A DNA stretch of 64,000 bases. Source: Thiothrix sp. Its GTDB lineage: Bacteria > Pseudomonadota > Gammaproteobacteria > Poriferisulfidales > GCA-002705445. A program made the position numbers and the translations under genes. The DNA lies in the NCBI GenBank assembly GCA_038141665.1, contig JAYQIN010000002.1, positions 3,604 through 67,603 on the forward strand, in the 5' to 3' direction. The notes under the pieces are model-generated. The model was not told where the DNA came from and searched no databases. It saw only the letters and a list, made by a program, of their open reading frames with translations. Shown here one piece after another: positions 45,240 to 55,504 of the stretch. Position 1 is the first letter of the stretch, and every line of letters begins with the position of its first letter.

Positions 45240-46259
45240 ATGCTTCTAACCATATTATTAATAATAACTTTAATATCTTATGTCTTAACTGTAACTTTAG
45301 AGAAAATATTCATAAGGTATGGAAAATTTATTGACAACCCTGAGGAGAGGAGTTGTCATATTAACCCAACACCCACTGCTGGCGGATTAGCAATATTATT
45401 TTCATATTATATTTTTATATACACATCGATATTTTATCAAGGTGCAAATGCAAATATTTTTTTAATTTTGCTAATTGCTATAATACCTGTAGCTTTCATT
45501 GGGTTAATAGATGATTTTAAGGATGTTAATATTTATATTAGATTATTTGTCCAGTTCTTCTCAGCAACATTAATTATCTATTATTTTCAAATAAGAAATG
45601 AAATATATTTTGACATCAATCAGGCATCGATATTAATTATTATATTGTCTATAATTCTATCGATGTGGCTAATGAATTTATATAACTTTATGGATGGAAT
45701 TGATGGATATGCATCTACTGAATGTATTTTTATTGCCTTTGTCGCTTCTATGCTAACGTATTTGAATAATCCGGAAAGTTTAATTTATGTTTATTTAGCT
45801 GGGTTAGGGGCAGCAAATATAGGTTTTCTTTTTAGAAACTGGTACCCAGCTAAAATTTTTATGGGCGATACAGGAAGTATTTCCATTGGATGCATTCTAG
45901 CTTTTTTTATATTTTATAGCGCCTCTGAGTCTATTTTGAGCATATATACTTGGCTTATCTTACTCTCAGTTTTTGTAGCTGACTCAAGTTATACTCTATT
46001 AGTAAGAGTTGTAACAAAAAAAAATATTTTTAAAGCACATTTGACGCATGCATTTCACAAAATTACAATTAAAGAGAATTCTCACCTTTTTACGGTTAAG
46101 AAGATGATTTTGATAAACTTATCTTGGGTTTTGCCAATGTCATTTTTATCTAACATTTATAGTGAGTATCATATAGTGGTAGCAATTATTGCTTATTTAC
46201 CACTATTATTTATTTTAATAAAAATTGGCGCGGGTTTGGAGACAGCTGAAAATTCATGA
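45240..46259 (+). CDS. glycosyltransferase family 4 polyprenol-phosphate sugar-1-phosphate transferase (WecA/WbpL/MraY-like)
   Basis: 339 aa polytopic protein with DD..D and MGDTGS motifs. Confidence 0.6.
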   Translation: MLLTILLIITLISYVLTVTLEKIFIRYGKFIDNPEERSCHINPTPTAGGLAILFSYYIFIYTSIFYQGANANIFLILLIAIIPVAFIGLIDDFKDVNIYIRLFVQFFSATLIIYYFQIRNEIYFDINQASILIIILSIILSMWLMNLYNFMDGIDGYASTECIFIAFVASMLTYLNNPESLIYVYLAGLGAANIGFLFRNWYPAKIFMGDTGSISIGCILAFFIFYSASESILSIYTWLILLSVFVADSSYTLLVRVVTKKNIFKAHLTHAFHKITIKENSHLFTVKKMILINLSWVLPMSFLSNIYSEYHIVVAIIAYLPLLFILIKIGAGLETAENS

Positions 46260-47584
46260 AAAAAAAATATTATATCGAAACCCAAGGCTGTCAAATGAAT
46301 GAATATGATAGCGACAAAATGTCAGATCTCCTCTCAGATCAAATGAATTTTGAAATTACAAATATTAAAGAAGATGCTGATTTATTAATTGTAAATACAT
46401 GTTCAATTAGAGAAAAAGCTCAAGAGAAAGTATTTTCTTTGCTTGGCAAATGGAGAAAATTAAAAAATAATAAACCAAATATTGTTATTGGAGTAGCTGG
46501 TTGTGTTGCATCACAGGAAAGTGATTCTATTGCGTCAAGGGCACCATATGTGGATATGGTAATTGGTCCCCAAACTATTCATAGGTTGCCCAAATTATAT
46601 GAAGAATCTTTGAAATCAAAAAAAACTTTAGTTGATGTAGATTTTCCATTAATAGAAAAATTTGACAATTTACCGGTTTCTACACAATCTAAATTTTCTG
46701 AATATGTAACTATAATGGAAGGGTGTAGCAAATATTGCTCTTATTGTGTAGTACCTTATACTAGAGGAACAGAAGTTAGTCGACCACTAGACGATATTTT
46801 AAAGGAAGTAAATAATCTTGTTGCAAATGGAACAAAAGAGATTACTTTACTTGGGCAAAACGTTAATGCATATTTTTATAAAGATAATAAAGGTAACATA
46901 ATTAATTTTGGCTTATTGCTATTTTATATAGCACGAAATAAAGGGATTAAAAGAATTAGATACACAACGTCTCACCCAAATAATTTTGATGAACAAACAT
47001 ATTTAGCTTACAAAAAAATCCCACAATTAGTTAGTCATCTTCATTTGCCAATTCAAAGTGGATCTGACAAAGTTTTGGCAGCAATGAAAAGGGGTTATAC
47101 GGTTTTAGAATATAAGTCAGTAATAAGAAAATTAAAAGAAGCAAGATCTGATATTACATTTTCATCAGATTTTATTGTCGGGTTTCCAGGAGAAACAGAA
47201 GAAGATTTTCTAAAAACAATTGAAATAATAAAAGAAGTAGACTTTGATCAATCATATAGCTTCATATACAGTAAAAGGCCTGGAACACCTGCGTCTGCAC
47301 TACAAGATAATGTAACCTTAGAAGAAAAGAAAGAAAGATTAAATCATTTGCAAGATACAATTAATATTTTGTCAAGAAAAAAATCAAAAAGCATTCTTGG
47401 AAAAACAGAAGAAATTCTAGTTGAAGGATTATCGTCCAAGCATAATAATATGGTAACAGGAAGGACAAAAAATAATAAAATAATAATGGTTCCTGGAAAT
47501 AAAAACTTAATAGGGAAAATTTTAGATGTTCAAATAACAGAACTTAACAATAGATCCCTTAAAGGAGAAATATTAAACATATAG
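46256..47584 (+). CDS. miaB: tRNA-2-methylthio-N6-dimethylallyladenosine synthase (radical SAM)
   Basis: YYIETQGCQMNEYDS, CSKYCSYCVVPYTRG, TRAM C-terminus. Confidence 0.85.
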   Translation: MKKKYYIETQGCQMNEYDSDKMSDLLSDQMNFEITNIKEDADLLIVNTCSIREKAQEKVFSLLGKWRKLKNNKPNIVIGVAGCVASQESDSIASRAPYVDMVIGPQTIHRLPKLYEESLKSKKTLVDVDFPLIEKFDNLPVSTQSKFSEYVTIMEGCSKYCSYCVVPYTRGTEVSRPLDDILKEVNNLVANGTKEITLLGQNVNAYFYKDNKGNIINFGLLLFYIARNKGIKRIRYTTSHPNNFDEQTYLAYKKIPQLVSHLHLPIQSGSDKVLAAMKRGYTVLEYKSVIRKLKEARSDITFSSDFIVGFPGETEEDFLKTIEIIKEVDFDQSYSFIYSKRPGTPASALQDNVTLEEKKERLNHLQDTINILSRKKSKSILGKTEEILVEGLSSKHNNMVTGRTKNNKIIMVPGNKNLIGKILDVQITELNNRSLKGEILNI

Positions 47585-47591
47585 ATAAAAT

Positions 47592-48551
47592 ATGGAAAAA
47601 ATTCAAATTACATTAGAACCAGTAGATAATAAAAGACTACTAAATTTATGCGGTCCGTTAGATGCAAACTTAAAAGAAATTGAGCTCAGATTCGACGTTG
47701 AAATTAATCAAAGAGGAAATTTGTTTAATTTTTTTGGTTTAAAAAAAAATATTAATCTTGCATCAAATTTTATCAAAGAACTTTATTTAAAAACAGAAGA
47801 AAAAAATATATCATTGTCTGAATTAAGAAATTATTTACAACAACCTAGCATTTTAGAAATTCTAAATATCCCAAGCGATAATAAAAAAGATAATACCGCC
47901 TTTTTTAAATTTAAAAATTACAAAATAAATATTGAAAACCCAAATCAATTAAATTTTTATAATTCTATTTTAAAGAATGATTTAGTGTTTTCAGTTGGAT
48001 CTGCCGGATCAGGAAAAACATTTTTAGCTATTGGCGCTGCATTGCATTGCTATGAGCTTGGATTTATAAAAAAAATAATTTTAGTTAGGCCTGCCGTTGA
48101 AGCTGGCGAAAATCTGGGTTTTTTGCCAGGTGATCTTTCTCAGAAGATAGACCCTTATTTAAGGCCAATGTATGACGCGCTTAACTCAATAATGGGTTCA
48201 AATCTTTTAAATAAGTTAATTGAAAAAAATATTATCGAAGTTGCTCCCCTTGCTTACATGAGAGGAAGAACACTGAATAATTCTTTTATAATTTTAGATG
48301 AGGCTCAGAATAGCACGAAAGAACAAATGAAAATGTTCCTGACTCGCCTTGGACAAAACTCTAAAGCAGTAATTACCGGTGATATTACCCAAATAGATCT
48401 TCCAAATGCATTTTCAGGACTTGTTCATGTTTTACCAATATTAAGTGACATTAAGGGCATTAGTATTTGTAAATTTACAGATAAAGATGTAATGAGACAC
48501 CCGCTCGTAAAAAAAATAATCAAAGCTTATGAAAAAAAAAATTATGATTGA
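47592..48551 (+). CDS. ybeZ: PhoH-like ATPase
   Basis: Walker A GSAGSGKTFLAIGAA. miaB-ybeZ-ybeY-corC-lnt synteny. Confidence 0.8.
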   Translation: MEKIQITLEPVDNKRLLNLCGPLDANLKEIELRFDVEINQRGNLFNFFGLKKNINLASNFIKELYLKTEEKNISLSELRNYLQQPSILEILNIPSDNKKDNTAFFKFKNYKINIENPNQLNFYNSILKNDLVFSVGSAGSGKTFLAIGAALHCYELGFIKKIILVRPAVEAGENLGFLPGDLSQKIDPYLRPMYDALNSIMGSNLLNKLIEKNIIEVAPLAYMRGRTLNNSFIILDEAQNSTKEQMKMFLTRLGQNSKAVITGDITQIDLPNAFSGLVHVLPILSDIKGISICKFTDKDVMRHPLVKKIIKAYEKKNYD

Positions 48552-48987
48552 GTGTATACTTATAAACAATATAAAAGATCAATTTGTACCTGAAGAAAAA
48601 TACTTTAAGGATTGGATTAATGCAATTAATTATAATGGTAAAGGAGAAATTACAATTAAAATAACAACAACTGAAGAAATGCGAAAATTTAATAAACTTT
48701 ATAAAAATACAGATAAAGTTTCAGACACTTTAGCTTTTCCTTCTGAAAATTTAATATGTGATGAAAAAATTATTTTAGGTGACATAGCAATGTGCGCAAA
48801 GAAAATTAACGAAGAATCTATCATGTACAATAAAAGAGAAATTGAAAGGTGGGCGCATTTAACAATACATAGTATGCTTCATATATTAGGATATAATCAT
48901 GATAGTGATTCAAAAAGAAAAGAGATGGAAAATATTGAAATTAATATTTTAAAAGAATTTAATATTTTTAACCCATATGAAATATAG
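48529..48987 (+). CDS. ybeY: rRNA maturation endoribonuclease YbeY
   Basis: HSMLHILGYNHDSD metal-binding motif. Confidence 0.85.
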   Translation: MKKKIMIECILINNIKDQFVPEEKYFKDWINAINYNGKGEITIKITTTEEMRKFNKLYKNTDKVSDTLAFPSENLICDEKIILGDIAMCAKKINEESIMYNKREIERWAHLTIHSMLHILGYNHDSDSKRKEMENIEINILKEFNIFNPYEI

Positions 48988-48990
48988 ACT

Positions 48991-49797
48991 ATGAAGCTAA
49001 TAAAAAAATTATTTATAAAATTTTACGAAAATAATTTAGATAGAAAAAAAATTATTTCTCAACTTCGCAGATATCACGAGAAAAAATATATTAATATGGA
49101 GCTTCTTTCTATGTTACTTGGAGTTTTTAAAGTTCAAGAAACTCGAGTAAAAGATATAATGATACCAAGATCAAATATGGTAATTATCAAAAAAAATTCA
49201 ACTATAGATGAAATTTTGCCTCTAATAATAAATTCATCTCACTCAAGATTTCCTGTTATTTTAGAAAATAAAGACGAAATAGTAGGAATTCTTTTAGCAA
49301 AAGATCTATTAAAATATATCAAGAAGGACAATAAAAATTTTAATATAGAAGAAATTATTCGCCCTAGCGTAATTATTCCTGAAACGAAAAAATTAAACGT
49401 CTTACTTAGCGAATTTAAATCTGGAAGAAATCATCTTGCTGTAGTAGTAGATGAATATGGAGGAGTCTCTGGATTAATTACTATTGAAGATGTATTAGAG
49501 CAAATTGTTGGAGATATTATTGATGAACATGATACCGTAATAACAAATAATAATATTAAAAAGGTAAAAAAATCGACTTATACAGTTTCTGGATCTACTA
49601 CATTGTCAGAGTTTAATGAATTTTTCAAATGTAATTATAAAAGCAATAAATTTGATACCATTAGCGGACTTCTAATTAATAGCTTTAAAAGACTTCCAAA
49701 AACCCATGACGAAATAGCATTTGATAACTTTAAATTTCAGATAAAAATTTCAGACCAAAGAAGAATCCATAGCATTCAGGTTGAAATCAAAGAATAA
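48991..49797 (+). CDS. corC: CBS-pair/CorC_HlyC domain magnesium/cobalt efflux-associated protein
   Basis: 268 aa, CBS domains plus C-terminal transporter-associated domain. Position after ybeY. Confidence 0.7.
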   Translation: MKLIKKLFIKFYENNLDRKKIISQLRRYHEKKYINMELLSMLLGVFKVQETRVKDIMIPRSNMVIIKKNSTIDEILPLIINSSHSRFPVILENKDEIVGILLAKDLLKYIKKDNKNFNIEEIIRPSVIIPETKKLNVLLSEFKSGRNHLAVVVDEYGGVSGLITIEDVLEQIVGDIIDEHDTVITNNNIKKVKKSTYTVSGSTTLSEFNEFFKCNYKSNKFDTISGLLINSFKRLPKTHDEIAFDNFKFQIKISDQRRIHSIQVEIKE

Positions 49798-49808
49798 AGG
49801 CCTATTTA

Positions 49809-51290
49809 ATGAATTATTTATTGTGTTTTATTTTTGGTGGGTTATATACTTTATCATTTTCACCTTACAGTATTAGTATATTTTCAATATTCAGTATTCT
49901 GTTTTTTCTATTACTTATAGATTTTGATGATTTTAAACATTCAGTATTAAAATCATTGTTCTTTTCTCTGGGATATTTTTTAATTGGGACGTATTGGCTT
50001 GATAATGTAATAAGAAATTTTTCAGAAATAAATTTTACTTTATCAATTTTTTTAGTTTTATTATTTACACTTTACTTGTCATTATTTTTTATTTTTCCTT
50101 TTATAATAACTTATATAATAAATAAGAATTTAAATATAAGAAAAAACTTTTTATTTATAATTTTAGCTATTTTAATAACATTATTTGAGGTCATAAGGTC
50201 AAATATTTTTACAGGATATTCTTGGTTTAATTTTGGTCAAGCTGCCATCAACACACCACTAGATAATTTTTTTCCATGTTTTGGTGTTCACGGACTAACA
50301 TTTATAATTTTCTTAATAGCAATAGTTTTTTTAAATATTCTCAAAAATAAAGACTTGTTTTTTTTTTCAATATTAGGTATTTGTATAATTTCAACAAACT
50401 TATTGGTTTATAATAAAAATTGGACTTATAAGATTGGTAAAGATATTAAAATATCTGTTATACAACCAAATATACAAAATAAAACTAGTTATAGTGATGA
50501 TGATGTTATTATTAGAATGAAAATTCTTAAAAAACTAACTATTGCTTCTGTAAAATACTCGCCTGATATTATTCTTTGGCCTGAATCTCCTTTACCAATT
50601 GTGTATAATGATTTGAAGAATAATTTTTATAAAAATATTCTTTTAGAATTACCTAGCTCAACTTCTTTAATTTCTGGTTCTTTTTTTAATAATGATAAGT
50701 CAATATATAATTCAATTATTAATATTACAGATCCATCTAATAATATCTATAATAAAAAACACTTAGTTCCTTTTGGAGAGTTTTTGCCTTTAAGGAAATT
50801 ATTCAGTAATTTTTATAATTATTTTAATTTAAATGTTTATGATATTGAAAGAGGTAATAAATCCAACTCCTTATCAATTAATAACTTAGTAGCTCATTCA
50901 CTAATTTGCTATGAAAGTATATTTTCTTTTGAATCATTAGTTAGAGATAAAAATGCTGATTTTATTATAAATGTTTCAAATGATGGTTGGTTTGGTGATT
51001 CATTAGCACCATATCAGCATTTAGATGCATTAATTATGAGATCTTTAGAAAATCAAAGATACTCTATAAGGTCAACTAATACAGGAATTTCTGCAGTTAT
51101 TAAACCTGATGGAACATTAGTCGAATATATTAATTTAAATAACAGGGGAATAATAAATACAAAAATTCATTCTATGAACGGTCAAACTCCATTATCAATT
51201 TATGGGCATGACATTTTATATTATTTACTTTTTATAGTATTTTTGTATAGCAGCGTATATTTTAATTTTAAGTTATTCAGGCGCTCATAG
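49809..51290 (+). CDS. lnt: apolipoprotein N-acyltransferase
   Basis: N-terminal TM bundle plus C-N hydrolase domain (CYESIF...NDGWFG). Confidence 0.8.
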   Translation: MNYLLCFIFGGLYTLSFSPYSISIFSIFSILFFLLLIDFDDFKHSVLKSLFFSLGYFLIGTYWLDNVIRNFSEINFTLSIFLVLLFTLYLSLFFIFPFIITYIINKNLNIRKNFLFIILAILITLFEVIRSNIFTGYSWFNFGQAAINTPLDNFFPCFGVHGLTFIIFLIAIVFLNILKNKDLFFFSILGICIISTNLLVYNKNWTYKIGKDIKISVIQPNIQNKTSYSDDDVIIRMKILKKLTIASVKYSPDIILWPESPLPIVYNDLKNNFYKNILLELPSSTSLISGSFFNNDKSIYNSIINITDPSNNIYNKKHLVPFGEFLPLRKLFSNFYNYFNLNVYDIERGNKSNSLSINNLVAHSLICYESIFSFESLVRDKNADFIINVSNDGWFGDSLAPYQHLDALIMRSLENQRYSIRSTNTGISAVIKPDGTLVEYINLNNRGIINTKIHSMNGQTPLSIYGHDILYYLLFIVFLYSSVYFNFKLFRRS

Positions 51291-51299
51291 AAATTTTTT

Positions 51300-51968
51300 T
51301 CAATGCTTTAAACTCTTGCACAATATTTTCAACATTATTTGCTGATATTTTCGAGCTTCTTGATAATTTATTTTCGCAAAGAGCACCTCTGAAACCCATA
51401 TAGTTTGGATAAGTTTTAGAATTTGATCTATATGTGATTTATTAATTGATCCAGCAACACCAGTTAAAAGATTGAGTTTTTTTGAATTTAAAATAAAATT
51501 ATTTAAATCAGAATAAGTTAAATGATTAAAGAGATTCCCAGATTTTTTATTAGATGTATCTAACATTACTCCACTATAGCCAGATTTTTTTAGTACCAAC
51601 AAATCGTTAGTGTTGGGTAAAAATAAATCAGCAAAGAAAACAGCAATTAATTTTTTAATAGATTTTATTTCAGACAATGTATTAATATAATCATTCTCGT
51701 ATACGCCTATTTTAATAAAATCGATGTTTGTTTTGCTTAGCTCGTCGACAATTTTTTCTATCAAAACTTTATTATTAGGCAGATCCCCAACTGTAGAGCT
51801 TGTGAGCTTTTTTTTATTAATAAAATTTATGATATTTTTTATGTCACTAGTTTTAAGTTTTCCTAGCGCTCCTTTTTCTGGATCCTTGAGATCAATAATA
51901 TCAATTTCTGAATTAATTATTATCTTTGCTTCCGACATATTTTGTATGCTAGCTAGTATTTTTGACAT
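51300..51968 (-). CDS. mfnB: (5-formylfuran-3-yl)methyl phosphate synthase-like (MfnB/DUF556), methanofuran biosynthesis
   Basis: IDIIDLKDPEKGALGKL, FIKIGVY, SGVMLDTSNKKSGNLF parallel the MfnB IDVKNP..GSLGA / KVGLY / AMLDTA..G..LF pattern. Confidence 0.55.
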   Translation of the reverse strand: MSKILASIQNMSEAKIIINSEIDIIDLKDPEKGALGKLKTSDIKNIINFINKKKLTSSTVGDLPNNKVLIEKIVDELSKTNIDFIKIGVYENDYINTLSEIKSIKKLIAVFFADLFLPNTNDLLVLKKSGYSGVMLDTSNKKSGNLFNHLTYSDLNNFILNSKKLNLLTGVAGSINKSHIDQILKLIQTIWVSEVLFAKINYQEARKYQQIMLKILCKSLKH

Positions 51969-52536
51969 TTTTTATATTTTCCCTATATTTATTTATATAA
52001 TCTATTAACCAAATCCATGCTTCTAATTCATTATCTCCAGCAGTTTTATTTATTGCAATTTGCAAGTATTTAATTTCATTCTGAATTTTCTTATCTTCAA
52101 TTATTCCTAATCTTGAGGCTAGTATGCAAAGTTCTAAAACTGCAGATTTTGCTCTATTCATTCCATAATACATTTTATGAGTTTCTTCATTTACAGGCTT
52201 GCATATAATAGTTGGTCTTAAATTATCATCTTCAATATGTTCTACAGTAAATTCTGTATGAGAAATTGCTTCCTTAATACTAGAACAATCAATATGCTTA
52301 GTTTTTAAGAAGTTAATTTTAATATTTTTTTTTACTATGCATGAAGCAAATATTCTTACATCATCTATATAGTTTATCACACCAGATCCATTTCTTAATA
52401 TATTTTCTAATGAAATTGATGGTTTAAAAGGTCTTATTTTCAGTATGTTATTTTCTATATATATGCCTAATGGAGATACTTTTATTGTATCATCAATATT
52501 TTTTGTAGTAACAATAGTTTCTCTAACATAGGTCAT
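51949..52536 (-). CDS. conserved hypothetical protein, probably associated with the H4MPT/methanofuran cofactor cluster (DUF447-like?)
   Basis: 195 aa, operonic (20-nt overlap) with the mfnB-like and DHPS-like genes. Family assignment is from memory only. Confidence 0.3.
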   Translation of the reverse strand: MTYVRETIVTTKNIDDTIKVSPLGIYIENNILKIRPFKPSISLENILRNGSGVINYIDDVRIFASCIVKKNIKINFLKTKHIDCSSIKEAISHTEFTVEHIEDDNLRPTIICKPVNEETHKMYYGMNRAKSAVLELCILASRLGIIEDKKIQNEIKYLQIAINKTAGDNELEAWIWLIDYINKYRENIKNVKNTS

Positions 52537-52542
52537 ATTTTT

Positions 52543-53956
52543 TTAATCCACATTTTTATTTTTAATTTTTCTCATAGTATGACCAGCAGTCTTAAATTTC
52601 ATTATATCATCTTCTGATATTTTAACCGAGCAACCCCACTTTAATATTTCATCCTGATCATACCTTTTGCCTAATTGAAAAGCTATTTCAGCTCTTGCCA
52701 ATTCCATACCAATGTAATATGCATGTCCATCATCATTTTTAATATCGAGATATTGATAAAACTCAGCCGCATCATTTTCAGTATAGAAATCTTTATTATT
52801 AAAAACATGGATACCATCATGATTAACATAAATTCTATAGTTTTTGTCTTTAACATTACTCCACATTTCCTTTAGTTCTTCTGTCGAATAAGGAAAAGGT
52901 TTTCTTTCATGAAGATTAAGTAATTTATTAGAAATATCCTTAGGAGGCATGCTATATGCCTTTGTTGTATGCATTATCCTTCTAGCAAAATTACCTTCTA
53001 TAATTGCCTTATTACAGTGCTCACTTACTTGTGTACATAAAGCATAATTTATCTCTAGTTCTGATGCTATTCCGAAAAGCAAAGCATTCATACCAGCTGT
53101 GTCAGCATGCGTAAGTTCTGTTAAGTTTCCAATTCCCATCATTATTTCAACATCAGAAAACTCCTTTCTGAAATTATGATATCTAACTATTGAATCTGGT
53201 AAAACCAAAATTAATTGGTTCTAGAATTGAATCAGCTATAAAGTTTTTTTTATTTTTTAATAGTTTTTCGATAAGTTTATAAAATTTTCTCTCTTCATTA
53301 GGAAAATTTGGAATAATAACTGGAATTGCTTCAACTTCATCCATTATCCAAATTGAATTTCTCTGAAGACTTAATAAAAAATCAGCGCCAGCTTTTGCCC
53401 CAGTAAGTAAATTTTTTTCGTCAAGTGAATCTATGCTTACCATGAAACCTTTTCTTTTTAGCTCCTGAATTGTTTCAACCAAGTGCGGAAATTTTGTACT
53501 TGGTAAGCATCCAATATCAATAACATCTGCACCGTCATCTTTATACATATTTGCTTGTGTAATAATTTGATCTATTGACATATTTGGAGCTTCTGTAATT
53601 TCTCCAATAATTTTTGTATCATATTTGCTTAGATCTAAATCTTTTCCTTGTAAACCTAAAAATCTTGGTATATCTTTTAATTCTTCGGGTCCTCGAATAC
53701 ATTTTTTCTTAAAATGTTGTTCTAAGTCTTTTATCTCTCCTCTGCACCTACCAGGAATAATGATTTTTGTAGCCTTTGAAATGTGTTCTATTTTGATTTT
53801 TTTTATAATAATATTAACTGTTGCCAATGCAGCTACGTTAACGCCTATATCTATGATCTCATAGGTGAATTGATTTTTAGAGCTAACATCAGACAGAACC
53901 TTTTCTAATGAAATTTTTGCTAATTTGCCAGTTAAAAATACTAAATGTTCTTTCAT
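52543..53956 (-). CDS. dihydropteroate synthase-like pterin-binding protein (probable H4MPT biosynthesis), read as two overlapping ORFs (53183-53956 and 52543-53208) in different frames
   Basis: The N-terminal ORF has a DHPS-like segment ...DVIDIGCLPS.... The combined length (~470 aa) fits the MJ0107/MptH-like family. A 26-nt out-of-frame overlap suggests a frameshift or genuine overlapping genes. Confidence 0.4.
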
Positions 53957-54040
53957 AATTTCCTACTGTTTTGAATTGTATATTTTATTTTGTTTTAGCA
54001 TAATGTACACTAATAAAAATAATTTTTTAAATTAGTCTAT

Positions 54041-54681
54041 ATGATAGGAGTTCTAGGTGGTAGTTTTGATCCAATACATTTTGGACACATTAACCCTCTA
54101 ATTGAGGTTGCAAAGCAATTCAATTTCTCTGAAATTAAGCTTATTCCAACATATTGTTCACCAGCAGGCAAAAAATTTCATGCCAATTTTGAGCATAGAA
54201 TGAATATGGCATCAATAATATGCTCTTCATCTACAAATAATTTTTCAGCAGATGATATTGAGATTAAAAGAAAAGGAATATCTTACACATATGATACAAT
54301 AAGAATTCTTAAGGATCAAAATAGTAAAGATGATTTTTGTCTTATAATGGGTTTAGATGTATTTCTTAAAATTGAAACTTGGTTTAAGTATGAAAATATT
54401 CTAAATGAAGTAAATATTTTAGTTATAAATAGACCTGGACGCAATATAGACGAGATCAAAAATATGGGTAGCTTTGTAAATCAAAAGATTTCGAAAAACA
54501 AAAAAGATTTTTTAGACAATAAAAATTGTATGATTTATTTTTATGATATTTTGCCCATTGATATATCATCAAGTGATATAAGAAATATAATTAAAAAGGC
54601 AATAATCCAACCAAGAAAATTCCAGGTTCAATTATGTCATATATTGAAAGAAATAAACTTTACAGAAAAGAATATGAGTAA
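54041..54681 (+). CDS. nadD: nicotinate-nucleotide adenylyltransferase, apparent 1-bp deletion in the GG run at 54598-54599 causes read-through fusion with rsfS in the ORF track
   Basis: GGSFDPIHFGHINP (T/HxGH). The shifted frame restores ...NNPTKKIPGSIMSYIERNKLYRKEYE*, matching the E. coli NadD C-terminus LPPAVLAYIQQHHLYR. Confidence 0.75.
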
Positions 54682-55036
54682 AACCGAACATAAAAAAATT
54701 AATAGTATCGTTATGGAATCATTAAAAAGTTTAAAAACTTTAGATATAATTTCAATTGACATGAAAAAAAAATCCAGTTTTACAGACAAATTATTAATAG
54801 GAACTGGAACATCTTCAACTCATATTAAAGCTATATCTAATGAAATTATTGAAAATGTAAAAAAAAATGGTTTTGGTGAAAATATCAGAGGAGTTGAGAT
54901 TGATAATGAATGGGTTCTTATAGATTTATATGATATCGTAATAAATATTATGCTGCATGAAACAAGAGAATTTTATAGCTTAGAAAAACTTTGGTCTGAT
55001 GATACAAATTTGAAATCCGAAATAACTTCAATTTAA
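54674..55036 (+). CDS. rsfS: ribosomal silencing factor RsfS (Iojap)
   Basis: MSKTEHKKINSIVMESLKSLKTLDIISIDMKKKSSFTDKLLIGTGTSSTHIKAISNEIIE...REFYSLEKLW. ATG overlaps the nadD stop. Confidence 0.75.
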   Translation: MSKTEHKKINSIVMESLKSLKTLDIISIDMKKKSSFTDKLLIGTGTSSTHIKAISNEIIENVKKNGFGENIRGVEIDNEWVLIDLYDIVINIMLHETREFYSLEKLWSDDTNLKSEITSI

Positions 55037-55040
55037 TTAA

Positions 55041-55503
55041 ATGAAAATTTTTATTATTACAATAAGTAATAAAAATGAAAATTATGAAAAAATTATTGTT
55101 GAAAAATTTGAAAAATTAATTGGTATTTTCTATGAAATTGAACTTATTAATATAAATTTTAAAACTGAAAAAAGTAAAAAAAAATACTTATAAAAAAGAA
55201 TATAAAAAAGCTATTTCATTAATAAAACCAAATTCAACGATAGTTGCTTTAGATGCAGCAGGAAAATCTTATAGCTCTCTTGAGTTTTCAAGAAAAATGA
55301 TACTATGGGAAGAAAGTTGTATGAATTTGTATTTCTTTATTGGAGGGCCAGATGGTCTTTCAAAAGAGATTATTGAAATGTCAGATCATATATTATCGAT
55401 GTCAAATTTTACATTCCCACATATCCTAGCAAAGGTTATACTTATGGAGCAAATATATAGATCAAAATGCATTATGAATAATCATCCATATCATAGGTCG
55501 TAA
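55041..55503 (+). CDS. rlmH: 23S rRNA (pseudouridine1915-N3)-methyltransferase RlmH, apparent frameshift in the A9 homopolymer at 55176-55184
   Basis: MKIFIITISNKNENYEKIIVEKFEKLIGIFYEIELINI...KSKKK then, in the next frame, NTYKKEYKKAISLIKPNSTIVALDAAGKSYSSLEFSRKMILWEESCMNLYFFIGGPDGLS...NNHPYHRS. Confidence 0.8.
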
Positions 55504-55504
55504 T

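Noticed and set aside
54041-55036. A genuine NadD-RsfS fusion protein (331 aa)
   Set aside because: Shifting one base at 54598-54599 restores the conserved NadD C-terminus and a stop overlapping the rsfS ATG. The fusion is an indel artefact.
55176-55184. Programmed frameshifting or recoding as the explanation for the many split genes
   Set aside because: Most indels are at 2-4 nt runs with no slippery heptamer or stimulatory structure. Nine essential genes would not all be recoded. Only the A9 (rlmH) and A7/8 (uvrA) tracts are even candidates for transcriptional slippage.
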